Below, piece by piece: positions 9,654 through 18,602 of a stretch of 28,453 nt of DNA. Made by a program: the position numbers and the translations under genes. The notes under the pieces are model-generated. The model searched no databases and had not been told where the DNA came from. It worked only from the letters and a program-made list of their open reading frames with translations. The number at the start of each line of letters is the position of its first letter. The first letter of the stretch is position 1. Source of the stretch: Gemmatimonadota bacterium (GTDB lineage: Bacteria > Gemmatimonadota > Gemmatimonadetes > Gemmatimonadales > GWC2-71-9); the NCBI GenBank assembly GCA_039591655.1, contig JBDHDE010000063.1:1-28453 (forward strand). Reading direction: 5' to 3'.

Positions 9654-10654
9654 CCCTCCCCACCCGATCCCTCGGCGCGAGCGGCCTCGAGATCAGCACC
9701 GTGGGATTCGGCGCCTGGGCGGCCGGCGGCGGTGGCTGGGCTTTCAGCTGGGGACCCCAGGATGACGAGGATTCCCTCGCTGCCATGCGCCACGCGCTGG
9801 ACCTGGGCATCAACTGGATCGACACGGCTGCCGCCTACGGCCTGGGACATTCCGAGGCGGTGGTGGGACGGCTGCTCCGGGAGCTCCCCGCGGTGGACCG
9901 CCCGCTGGTGTTCACCAAGTGCGGGCTGGTGTGGGACCCCGACGATCGCATGGCCATCGCCAAGCAGTTGCTCCGCCCCGAGTCGATCCGGAGGGAGTGC
10001 GAGGCGTCGCTGCGGCGCCTCGGTGTGGAGCGGATCGATCTCTATCAGTTCCACTGGCCCGACGACTCGGGGACGCCGATCGAGGAATCGTGGGGCGAGA
10101 TGGGGCGGCTCATCGCGGAGGGGAAGGTCCGCTGCGGTGGGGTGTCGAACTTCGACGTGCCGCTGCTGGAGCAGTGCGAGGCCGTGAGACACGTGGACTC
10201 GCTCCAGCCGCCCTTCTCGCTCATCCGCCGCGAGGTCGCCGCCGAGGAGATCCCGTGGTGCGAGTCGCACGAGACCGGTGTCATCTGCTACAGCCCGATG
10301 CAGGCGGGGCTGCTCACCGACTCGTTCACCGCCGATCGCGTGGACCGGCTCGCACGGGAAGACTGGCGGCGGCGCCAGGCGGATTTCCATCCCCCCCTTA
10401 TCGGGCGCAACCTGGCCCTGCGGGACTCCCTGAGACCCATCGCCGGGCGACACGGCACCACGGCGGCGGCGGTAGCGGTGGCGTGGACGCTGGCGTGGCC
10501 CGGTGTGACCGGCGCCATTGTCGGCGCCCGCTCTCCGCAGCAGGTGGACGGTTGGGTGGGAGCGGCGCGCCTCGAGCTCGGACCCGAGGACCTGGACGAG
10601 ATCGCCGCGGCCATCGAGGGTACCGGCGCCGGCGGCGGACCCGACCGGCCCTGA
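9650..10654 (+). CDS. Aldo/keto reductase
   Basis: GFGAW, GINWIDTAAAYGLGHSE, FTKCG, SLRRLGVERIDLYQFHWP, GVSNF, YSPMQAGLL, IVGARS. GTG start overlaps the upstream TGA. Confidence 0.93.
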   Translation: MTLPTRSLGASGLEISTVGFGAWAAGGGGWAFSWGPQDDEDSLAAMRHALDLGINWIDTAAAYGLGHSEAVVGRLLRELPAVDRPLVFTKCGLVWDPDDRMAIAKQLLRPESIRRECEASLRRLGVERIDLYQFHWPDDSGTPIEESWGEMGRLIAEGKVRCGGVSNFDVPLLEQCEAVRHVDSLQPPFSLIRREVAAEEIPWCESHETGVICYSPMQAGLLTDSFTADRVDRLAREDWRRRQADFHPPLIGRNLALRDSLRPIAGRHGTTAAAVAVAWTLAWPGVTGAIVGARSPQQVDGWVGAARLELGPEDLDEIAAAIEGTGAGGGPDRP

Positions 10655-10715
10655 CACCTGCCCCTGCGGGGAGACCGCCTCCCCACCCCGCGACACGCAA
10701 TTGCGCGCAACGCAT

Positions 10716-10744
10716 CGCCCCTCCCCCAAGGCGGGGGAGGGGCG
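10716..10744. terminator. GC-rich hairpin between convergent genes (probable bidirectional terminator)
   Basis: Perfect 12-bp stem CGCCCCTCCCCC-aaggc-GGGGGAGGGGCG between the AKR stop (10654) and the DUF4136 stop (10774). No clear U-tract. Confidence 0.55.
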
Positions 10745-10773
10745 TTCGGATCACGCCTGCCGGCCCGCGGCGC

Positions 10774-11334
10774 TCAGGACCCCGGTGGGAAGTCCTTCAG
10801 GACCTTCGCGGCGGCCTCGTTGATGTTTGCCTGGATCCGCTCGGGATCGCGCTCCTCCCGCAGCGTGGCCGTGCCGGTGCCCCGCCACACCAGCTCTCGG
10901 CGCGCGGCATCGATGACGTCGATGAGGAGAGTCCCCTCGTCCCACTCGTTGACGTAGGTCTGCGCCGAGGAGATGCCCACGCCGGGGCCGTACCACCCAT
11001 AGCCGTAGCCGTAGCCGCTCTGCACCGTGGTCAGGCTCATCTTGCCGTCGATCGCGCCGTGCCAGGCCACCAAGAAGTCCGGGTTGGCACTCGCCTCGCG
11101 GAAGCCCTTGGCTTGGAGAGCCTCATCTACGGCCAATCTGATCCGCCGCGCGGTGATATCGTTGTACACCCGCGGGTCGTCGGTGCCCTCAGGGGTTCGC
11201 TCCGCCCACTGGTAGGTCTGGTAGCCCGAGAAACCCGCCGTGGGATCGAAATCCGTGCGGACCTGGATGCCGCTTCCGCAACCGACCAGGGTCACGGCTG
11301 CCGCCGTCAGCGCCAAGAGGTCAATGCGTCGCAT
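10774..11334 (-). CDS. DUF4136 domain-containing lipoprotein
   Basis: Lipobox TLVGC; TDFDPTAGFSGYQTYQW; LQAKGF; PDFLV; EGTLLIDVIDAARRELVWRG; KDFPP C-terminus. Confidence 0.88.
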   Translation of the reverse strand: MRRIDLLALTAAAVTLVGCGSGIQVRTDFDPTAGFSGYQTYQWAERTPEGTDDPRVYNDITARRIRLAVDEALQAKGFREASANPDFLVAWHGAIDGKMSLTTVQSGYGYGYGWYGPGVGISSAQTYVNEWDEGTLLIDVIDAARRELVWRGTGTATLREERDPERIQANINEAAAKVLKDFPPGS

Positions 11335-11524
11335 GAGGGTGCTGCGCCTCCCACACAAGTGAATGATGATCGTGCCAGACTCGGGTAATCTACCGGAGTG
11401 GATCCCCTTCCCTCAACACCCGGGGGTCTCGAGCCGGTTTCATCACCCCGCGTCCGCCGCACCTCGCCTCGTTGCAGGCTGCGAGAGACTTGCGAATCCC
11501 GCCTGACCGGTGAGCGTTTCCGTC

Positions 11525-12260
11525 ATGGTGAGAGCCTTCACTGCCCTTGGCGTCATTGCGCTGGCGGCGGCGCTGCCGACGGCCTCGTGGCAGCAGCCTG
11601 ATCACGTAGAGGTGCTATTCCTTGATGTCGGCCAGGCGGAAGCCATAGTGATCCGCTCGCCCGAGGGCAAGGTGGCCCTGGTGGACGCGGGCCGGGAGTC
11701 CATCGTAGCGGACCTGCGGCGCCACGGCATCAACACCCATCAACACCATCGACGTCGCCATCGCCACCCACCCGCACGCCGATCACATCGGCGGTATGGC
11801 AGACCTGCTCCGCGCCATCCCGATCCGCTACTACATGGACAACGGCGTGCCCCACACCACGGCAACGTACCGGCGTCTCATGGAGACGCTACGGGCATCG
11901 GACGTCACTTACCTCCAGGCCACCGAGCGCGCCATCGGACTAGGTAGCGTGCGGCTCAGGGTGCTGCCGCCACCCGCCCAGGCGGAGGAGATGAACGACC
12001 AGTGCGTCGGGCTGGTCGTGGAGTACGGTGACTTCAGGACACTGCTGACGGGGGACTCCCAGGTGGAAGAGCTGAACCACTTCCTCGGGCTCGGCGTGCC
12101 GCGGGTGACGGTGCTCAAGGCCGCGCACCACGGGTCGCGGGACGGCGTGACGCCGGCCTGGCTCTCGGCCACGCGCCCGGAGGTCGTCGTCATCTCCGTG
12201 GGCCGAGACAACCCGTACGGTCACCCGAGCCCCTGGGCGCTGCGCTACTACGCCACCACC
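11525..12260 (+). pseudogene. ComEC/Rec2-type MBL-fold metallo-hydrolase, frameshifted and 3'-truncated
   Basis: First frame gives VLFLDVGQAEAIVI...LVDAG. A second frame continues IDVAIATHPHADHIGG...LLTGD...VLKAAHHGS...VISVGRDNPYGHP. The frames are separated by a 10-bp tandem duplication at 11728-11747. Similarity is lost after ALRYYATT. Confidence 0.85.
11728..11747 (+). repeat. 10-bp tandem duplication (CATCAACACC x2)
   Basis: Directly visible: ...cacgg CATCAACACC CATCAACACC atcgac... Removing one copy restores the frame. Confidence 0.9.
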
Positions 12261-12318
12261 TGCTCCAGCCACAGCCGGATCCGGGCTCTCACGGCCTTAA
12301 ACTCGACTTGCTCTGTGG

Positions 12319-12348
12319 TTGACGCGCTGCGGGCTGGACAGCTACCAT
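12319..12348 (+). promoter_or_regulatory. Putative sigma-70 promoter for the EEP gene
   Basis: TTGACG-N18-TACCAT about 80 bp upstream of ATG 12428, with an AAGGAGG RBS at 12414-12420. Confidence 0.5.
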
Positions 12349-12427
12349 CGCGGCACGGCCCGCGCACTGGCCGCAGCCTGACGTGCAACCCGGCGGGGCA
12401 AAGACCCAGACCCAAGGAGGATTAGGG

Positions 12428-13609
12428 ATGAAACGACTACTCGCCATGGCGTGCGGGTCCCTGCTCCTAGCGGCCTGCGCGGACAACAGCCCGCTAGGCG
12501 TTACCTCGGAGGACGCAGCGTCCTCCATTACCGAGTTTCGGTCGGACAACGCCGCCAGCAGCATCAAGGTGATGAGCCGGAACATGTACTTCGGGGCGCC
12601 GGTGGAGCCGATTCTGGCGGCGGAGGACCTCGAGAGCTTGCTCGAGGCCGTCGGCGATGCATGGGACACGTTTGTCGAAACGGACTTCCCGGCCCGCTCA
12701 GCGGCGATGGCACGAGAGATCGCTCAGACACTGCCCCACCTCGTCGGGCTGCAGGAAGCCGCCATCATCACCCGGATCGACCTCCAAGGAGGCGTGATCC
12801 ACTCCGATTTCGTCACCACCCTACTCGACGAGCTTGACAAGCGCGGGGTGAGCTACCGTGAGGTAGCGAGGATCGCGACCACGGACGTCGAGCTGCCGCA
12901 CCCAGAGGGCGGAGGGGTTCTGCTGAAGGACTACGACGTAATCCTCGCCCGGGGGGATGTGGATGTCGACAATGCCGACGCAGCCAACTACGCAGCCCTA
13001 ATCCCCGTTCCGCCGGACGACCCGCAGTTCGTGGTCCTCCGCGGCTGGACTGCCGTAGACGCCATCGTCCACGGCACCACCTACCGCTTCGTGAACACGC
13101 ACCTGGAGGCACCGGAGAACCCGGTCGTCGAGGACCTCATCCAAGTGCCACAGGTCCAGGAGCTGATCAGCATCTTGGCCGAGGAGACGCTGCCCCTCAT
13201 CGTGGTGGGTGACTTCAACTCCGGACCCAACAGCTTCTTCGATCCGATTCCCGGTGTCCTGCCGCCGGGAGTCCCCAGGAACCGGGGCTACAACGCGATG
13301 CTCGCCGCCGGCTACACCGACCTGTGGACCCTGAAGCGCGGCCACCGGGAGGGCGACACCTGCTGCCACGCGGGGGACCTGTCAAACCGGCGTCCCACGC
13401 TGGACGAGCGGATCGATCTCGTGTTCATCAAGAACTTCGATGTTCTATTTGCAGTGGGGAATCCGCGCTCCGGACACGCCCTCGTCCAGGCCAAGCTGGT
13501 CGGTAACCGGGTGGGCGACCGCCGCCGCGCCGGCGTATGGCCCTCGGATCACGCGGGTCTCGTGGCACGGATTCTCTTCCCCAACCCGGGAGGCGTCGCC
13601 AACGATTAG
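12428..13609 (+). CDS. Endonuclease/exonuclease/phosphatase (EEP) family lipoprotein
   Basis: Lipobox LLAAC; motifs MSRN, VGLQE, FVNTHL, VVGDFNS, RIDLVF, WPSDH; strong RBS. Confidence 0.9.
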   Translation: MKRLLAMACGSLLLAACADNSPLGVTSEDAASSITEFRSDNAASSIKVMSRNMYFGAPVEPILAAEDLESLLEAVGDAWDTFVETDFPARSAAMAREIAQTLPHLVGLQEAAIITRIDLQGGVIHSDFVTTLLDELDKRGVSYREVARIATTDVELPHPEGGGVLLKDYDVILARGDVDVDNADAANYAALIPVPPDDPQFVVLRGWTAVDAIVHGTTYRFVNTHLEAPENPVVEDLIQVPQVQELISILAEETLPLIVVGDFNSGPNSFFDPIPGVLPPGVPRNRGYNAMLAAGYTDLWTLKRGHREGDTCCHAGDLSNRRPTLDERIDLVFIKNFDVLFAVGNPRSGHALVQAKLVGNRVGDRRRAGVWPSDHAGLVARILFPNPGGVAND

Positions 13610-13638
13610 CCGAAATCGGGACCGCCGGTAACTTAAGA

Positions 13639-13676
13639 GGGGGAGGCTGGGCCGCCTCGCGGCACCCGCCTCCCCC
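13639..13676. terminator. GC-rich stem-loop after the EEP gene
   Basis: GGGGGAGGC...GCCTCCCCC outer stem with inner GCCGC-ctc-GCGGC, 30 bp after the stop. Confidence 0.5.
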
Positions 13677-13833
13677 GGCTCGCGCAGGCGCCACGGTGCG
13701 ACCACCCCTCCCGCCCGGGTCGCCGTGGTCCAAAAGCGCTGGATTCTCCCGCGCCGCTCCCCCGGCACGGATGCTGCAGCCCGGGGTGGCATCGAGCGGT
13801 GTCGCCCAGCGGTGCGCAATGAGAGGTGAATCG

Positions 13834-14020
13834 ATGGCGAGTGAGCAGCTCTACGCGGTGGACCGGATCCAGCAGCGCACAGCGGTTCTCGTAGACGACG
13901 ACGAGCATCACGTGCTGGTGCCGATGTCGCGACTCCCCAGGGAGCCACCGCAAGGAGCAGGGAAGGAAGGTCCTCGAGGAGCTACAGAACCGCGACCCTG
14001 GAGGAGATATCGAGACCTGA
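13834..14020 (+). pseudogene. DUF3006-like gene remnant with internal deletion and frameshift
   Basis: GAGGTG RBS, then MASEQLYAVDRIQQRTAVLVDDDEHHVLVPMSRLPR. A shifted frame gives SHRKEQGRKVLEELQNRDPGGDIET*. The two parts align to the ends of the paralog at 23553-23840 with about 30 aa missing. Confidence 0.7.
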
Positions 14021-14053
14021 CGCGCGCCCCGGGGCGTCCACGGTCCTGCCCCC

Positions 14054-16768
14054 CTACTGCGCCAGCCCTGCGAGCTTTGCCCGTTCACGGCGCTCGGCGG
14101 CCACCCCAGCCCTCTCCATCCTCTCGAGCAGTGCACTGAACCGCGGATGATCCCGCACTGTCCCCGGGATCGCCGCGATCCGCAGGTAGGGAACGGACAT
14201 GGGCGACGGCTGCGCGAGCAGCTCCTCCAGGTGCGCCAACGACGCTTCATCCTGACCCACGAGCGCGTAGATCCATGCCAGAGCACTTCGCAGGACGGTC
14301 GCCTGGAGCGCGTCGCCTGCGCCAGCGATCACTGCCTCTAGCCGCTCCGCCTGCGCCAGCGCCTCCGCACGCCGACCCAGCCCGGCGTACGCCCGCCCCA
14401 GGAGCATGCCGACCATCGGATCGTCCGGAGCCCGTGCGGCGGTCCGGAGAACCGCGGCGAGGGAGTCGTAGTACGCGTGGGATTCGGCGGCTCGGTTGCG
14501 CAACCGGTAGAACTCGGCCTTGGTGAGGAGGTAATCGAACGGCAGCGGTCCACTCACGGCGCCGGCCGACAGCGGATCGAGGATGCTATCGTAGGCCCCC
14601 CCGACAACGAGCTCAGGCGCCACCTGTACCAGGGCCACTGCCACCTGCCCCGGCGTCACGGTCCGCAGCATCTCGCGTGCTGCGGCGTGGGCCCGCGTCG
14701 TGTCGCCGTCCCACCGCAGGTACAACGCCATCTTGTGCTGGTGTGCCTCGGCCAGGTCGGGAGCAATGGCCAGGGCCATATCGAGATAGTGCTCCGCCTC
14801 TTCGTACTGCCGAGTGAGCATGTGGAGGAAACCCGCCGTCACCGCCCACTCCGGCTCCCGCGGATCGAGCTCCGCCGCCAGCGACGCGTTCTCGACCGCG
14901 TCATCCCACACCCCCCGGGTCGCCTGGAGCACCGCGATGAGCGTGCGGGCGTAGGCGTTGTTGGGCTCCCGCTCGGCTACGTGCCGAAACTCCCGCAGCG
15001 CCGACTCCGGATCCGGTTCGGGACCCCAGTAGCTGTAGAGTCCCAGGGCCAGATGGCCGGTGGAAAGCCCGGGGGTCAACGCCAGGGCCGAGTCCACCGC
15101 CGCCTTGGCCAGCCTGGCGCGCTGATCGCTGCGGTCCACGAAGTAGCGGTACAGCCAGATGTGGGCCAGCGACAACTCGGCCCATGCCTGCCCGTACTCG
15201 GGATCCACTGCGATCGCCTGATCGAAGAAGTCGATGGCGATCCTCCGAGCATTGGCGTCGCCGTTGCCGCGGTTGCCCTCCAGATAGTCGTGCCCCCGCA
15301 AGTAGAGCTCGTACGCCTCCAGGTTGTCCGGTATGGGGCGCTCGGCCAGCTGCTGGCGCTGGCCTCCCAACAGCGTCACGTCCATCGCCCGGGCCACTCG
15401 CCCCGCGATGTCGGACTGCACGCGGAACACCTCAGTGAGATCTTCGTCGTAGACCCCAGCCCACAGGTGCGTGTCGTCCGACGCACGGATCAGCTGGGGA
15501 ATGATCCGCACCCGGCTGCTCGGATCGGAGGGCCGCTCGCGCTGGATCGTCCCTTCGAGCACGTAGTCAGCCCCCAGCTGCGCCCCGATCTCCCTGGGCG
15601 AGAGCTCGCTATCCCGATAGTGCATCGCGCTGGTACGGGAGATCACCCCTACCGTACCCAGGGTGGCCAACCTGGCCGTGATGGCGTCCGTCACGCCGTT
15701 GGCGAAGTACGAGTCCTCCGGCGGGCCCAGGTTCTCGAACGGCAGTACGACGATCACCGGCAGGTCCGCCGCCGTGGCCGGCGCCGGGCGGCGCAGCAGC
15801 CACCCACCGAGGAGGGCGAGCACCAAGAGCGTCCCGACTACGGCCGTCGCCAGGCGTCGTCCCCTGGTCCAGCCCAACGGGGCCGGAATGCCCGCCACGG
15901 AGATGCGCTCCAGCCCGCCGCCGGGGGTGGCCGCGAGCAGGTTGAGGTCCTGGACGGCCTCCTCCGCCGTCTGGTAGCGCCGGTCCGGGTCCTTCTCGAG
16001 GCACTTCATCACCACCCGGGCAAGCTCCGGCGGGAGGTCGGGCCGGAGCTCGGTCACCGGGGTCGGGGGCTTGGACACGACCGCCGTCATGATCTCGTGC
16101 GTCGAGGTCCCGCCGAAGGGAGGGCGGCCGGTCAGCATCTCGTACGCCACCGCTCCCACCGAGTAGATGTCGGCCCGATGATCGATATCGGGATCCGCCA
16201 TCGCCTGCTCCGGCGCCATGTAGGCTGGGGTGCCGAGCACCAACCCGGCAGTGTCGGACTCGTGTCCCTCGGCGGCGGCCGCCAGCGCCTTGGCCACCCC
16301 GAAGTCCGTGACCAGGGCGTGCCGCCCTGCCAGCATCACGTTGCCCGGCTTGATGTCCCGGTGCACGACGCCCCTTGTGTGGGCGTACTGCAGGGCGTCC
16401 AGCACGTCGTGCAGCAGCGAGGTGACCTCCGCCAGCGGCAGCCGCTCGCCCGTGCCCAGCCGTTCCCCCAGCGAGCGGCCCTCCACGACGGGCATCACGT
16501 AGTAGAGGAAGCCCTGGGCCTCTCCAGAGTCGTGGACCGGAAGTATGTGGGGGTGCGCGAGGTTGGCAGCGATCTTGATCTCGCGCAGGAAGCGTTCGGT
16601 GCCCAGCGTGGCGGCGAGGTCCGGCCGGAACACCTTGAGCGCCACCTGCCGGTCGTGCTTCAGGTCCGCTGCTAGGTAGATCACCGCAGCCCCCCCGCGC
16701 CCCAACTCGCGGAGCGGCCGGTAGCGACCGGCCAAGGCGGTACTCAGGTGGTGTTGTAGCTCCCTCAT
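14054..16768 (-). CDS. Ser/Thr protein kinase with transmembrane segment, TolB-like domain and TPR repeats
   Basis: LGRGG, VALK, HRDIKPGN, TDFG, GTPAYMAPEQ, ADIYSVG; TM segment AVVGTLLVLALLGGWLL; IVVLPFENL...VISRTS module; EAYELYLRG followed by TPR helices. Confidence 0.93.
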   Translation of the reverse strand: MRELQHHLSTALAGRYRPLRELGRGGAAVIYLAADLKHDRQVALKVFRPDLAATLGTERFLREIKIAANLAHPHILPVHDSGEAQGFLYYVMPVVEGRSLGERLGTGERLPLAEVTSLLHDVLDALQYAHTRGVVHRDIKPGNVMLAGRHALVTDFGVAKALAAAAEGHESDTAGLVLGTPAYMAPEQAMADPDIDHRADIYSVGAVAYEMLTGRPPFGGTSTHEIMTAVVSKPPTPVTELRPDLPPELARVVMKCLEKDPDRRYQTAEEAVQDLNLLAATPGGGLERISVAGIPAPLGWTRGRRLATAVVGTLLVLALLGGWLLRRPAPATAADLPVIVVLPFENLGPPEDSYFANGVTDAITARLATLGTVGVISRTSAMHYRDSELSPREIGAQLGADYVLEGTIQRERPSDPSSRVRIIPQLIRASDDTHLWAGVYDEDLTEVFRVQSDIAGRVARAMDVTLLGGQRQQLAERPIPDNLEAYELYLRGHDYLEGNRGNGDANARRIAIDFFDQAIAVDPEYGQAWAELSLAHIWLYRYFVDRSDQRARLAKAAVDSALALTPGLSTGHLALGLYSYWGPEPDPESALREFRHVAEREPNNAYARTLIAVLQATRGVWDDAVENASLAAELDPREPEWAVTAGFLHMLTRQYEEAEHYLDMALAIAPDLAEAHQHKMALYLRWDGDTTRAHAAAREMLRTVTPGQVAVALVQVAPELVVGGAYDSILDPLSAGAVSGPLPFDYLLTKAEFYRLRNRAAESHAYYDSLAAVLRTAARAPDDPMVGMLLGRAYAGLGRRAEALAQAERLEAVIAGAGDALQATVLRSALAWIYALVGQDEASLAHLEELLAQPSPMSVPYLRIAAIPGTVRDHPRFSALLERMERAGVAAERRERAKLAGLAQ

Positions 16769-17086
16769 CGCGCCGTAAGATGGGGACCGGCGTGGTGAGA
16801 TGCGAGCGGCACACCGCCGATGGCTGGACGGGCGACTCCGGAACCAGCTATCATGGCTTGGGCATGACCGAGGCCTCGTTGGCCGACGCCGGTGCTGGAG
16901 GCACCACCGGTGTTTATCATTGCGGTACGTCGATCCGATGAGAAAGTTCCACTTTCGGGAGGTGGAAACCCCGCAAGGGGCCCTGGGGGTATAGGGACGT
17001 CAGCACGATCCAGCATGGAGCCGGCGGGAGCGTGTGGTGTTGCGCTCCGGCGCCGCTGCGCCCGGCCAGTCACATCAGGAGGGATC

Positions 17087-17692
17087 ATGATCGCTGCCAC
17101 CATGGGCCTGCTGCTCGGCCTCGGCGCGGGCGCCCAAACCGCACCCTCTCATGCGCTTGCGGCGGGGGGCCAGCCGGACACCAACTGCATCGTGATGGGG
17201 ATGCCTACCGAGGGGCGGCTCAGCCCGCTGGATTCCCTCACGTTCACGCTGGACGACCACGCCGCGGTGAAGATCTGCTACGGCCGGCCCTCGGCCCGGG
17301 GACGCACCATGATCGGCGGCCGCGAGGTCCCCTACGGATCGCTGTGGCGCACCGGCGCCAACGAGCCCACGATGATCCACACCACCGTGCCCCTGAGTGT
17401 GGCGGGGATCGAGATCGAAGCCGGCAGCTACTCGCTCTACACGATCCCCAAGGAGGGGGAGTGGACCGTCATCGTGAACCGGTCCATCACCCAGTGGGGT
17501 CACATCGCGCGGTACACCTCCAAGGTCAAGGAGCAGGAAGTGGGGAGTGCCGCGGTGCCCTCCGAGCGACTGGGCGAGCACGCGGAGACCATGACGTTCC
17601 GCGCAGAGCAGGAGGGGAGCGGCGAGACGCTACTGCTGCTGGAGTGGGAGCACACCCGGGTCACGATCCCGATCCAGGCGCGCGAGGGGTAG
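17087..17692 (+). CDS. DUF2911 domain-containing exported protein
   Basis: RLSP...YGRPSARGR...VPYGSLWRTGANEPT...GSYSLYTIP...WTVIVN...QWG...LEWE; AGGAGG RBS before ATG 17087; signal-like N-terminus. Confidence 0.88.
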   Translation: MIAATMGLLLGLGAGAQTAPSHALAAGGQPDTNCIVMGMPTEGRLSPLDSLTFTLDDHAAVKICYGRPSARGRTMIGGREVPYGSLWRTGANEPTMIHTTVPLSVAGIEIEAGSYSLYTIPKEGEWTVIVNRSITQWGHIARYTSKVKEQEVGSAAVPSERLGEHAETMTFRAEQEGSGETLLLLEWEHTRVTIPIQAREG

Positions 17693-17705
17693 CGCAGGCC
17701 GGCCG

Positions 17706-18602
17706 CTACCTCAGCAACTGCAGTGCCCCCGGCACGACAGTGATCGTGGCGGCTGCCGACTCCACCGCCTCACCGTCGAGGTCGAACGGCGGGAGCGGTG
17801 CCTGGGGCTCGACGCGCACCTCTCGCCCCCGGCCCACCTGCACGAAACCCGCTCGCACGTGCGTGCCGAGATAGATCTGGGGCAGGCGCACGAGGAGCTG
17901 CCAGCGGGGAACGGGCCGCACCAGGATCACGTCGGCTAGGCCGTCGTCCACCACCGCACCCGGGGCGATCCGCATACCATTGCCGAACGTGGACCCGTTG
18001 GCCACCGCCAGCAGGAGGACCGCGCCGTCGTACCACTCTGCGCCGTCCACTGCGACCCGGCAGCGCACGGGCCGGTAGCGCCACACCGCTCCGAGCGACG
18101 CCCCGAGATACGCCAACGCGCCGCGTCGCTGGATGCGGTTCACGGCCTCGTCCACCAGGCCCGAGATTCCCGCCGACGCGACGTTGAGCACATACTCCCC
18201 GCGACCGTCGTCGGTGGCCACCCGGAGCACATCCATGGGCTGCGGCTCCGCTGCCAAGGCGAAGCGCAGGGCCGCGGCGGGACGGCCGGGGACGCCGAGG
18301 GAGCGCGCCAGGTCCGACCCCGTGCCCGTCGGCACCACCCCTATCGCGACCTCTTCGCCCAACCCCAGCTCCAGGATCGCATTCGCCACCAGGTGAAGCG
18401 TGCCGTCACCGCCCACGACCAGGACCCGGTCGAGCCCTTCGTCCAGCATCCCCGCCAACTGGCCCCGGGCATGTGCGGGGTCGGGGGACATCACGACCCG
18501 GGCCTCGCGCAGCCGGGGATCGATGACCTGGAGAGACTGCCAGACCCGCTCGCCCCGGTGGCTCCCCGCGTACGGGTTCACCACCACCACGAGATCTCTC
18601 AT
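17706..18602 (-). CDS. Diacylglycerol/lipid kinase family protein (YegS/Rv2252-like)
   Basis: VVVNPYAG, VVGGDGT, VPTGTGSDLARSL, LNVASAG, VANGSTFGNG, DDG, DLDGE. ATG overlaps the upstream stop (ATGA). Confidence 0.9.
   Translation of the reverse strand: MRDLVVVVNPYAGSHRGERVWQSLQVIDPRLREARVVMSPDPAHARGQLAGMLDEGLDRVLVVGGDGTLHLVANAILELGLGEEVAIGVVPTGTGSDLARSLGVPGRPAAALRFALAAEPQPMDVLRVATDDGRGEYVLNVASAGISGLVDEAVNRIQRRGALAYLGASLGAVWRYRPVRCRVAVDGAEWYDGAVLLLAVANGSTFGNGMRIAPGAVVDDGLADVILVRPVPRWQLLVRLPQIYLGTHVRAGFVQVGRGREVRVEPQAPLPPFDLDGEAVESAAATITVVPGALQLLR

Noticed and set aside
10985..11020. Short tandem repeat (TAGCCG)n
   Set aside because: It encodes the GYGYGYG stretch usual in DUF4136 proteins and is in frame.
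12261..12425. C-terminal tail of the 11796-12425 ORF as a real domain
   Set aside because: It is read-through across the EEP promoter and RBS region, with no similarity to ComEC C-termini.
14477..16675. 732-aa plus-strand ORF, and similar long overlapping ORFs at 3361-4470, 9455-10729, 9919-11388 and 15609-16814
   Set aside because: Antisense or alternate-frame shadows of well-supported genes; low-complexity Arg/Gly/Pro/Ala-rich translations.
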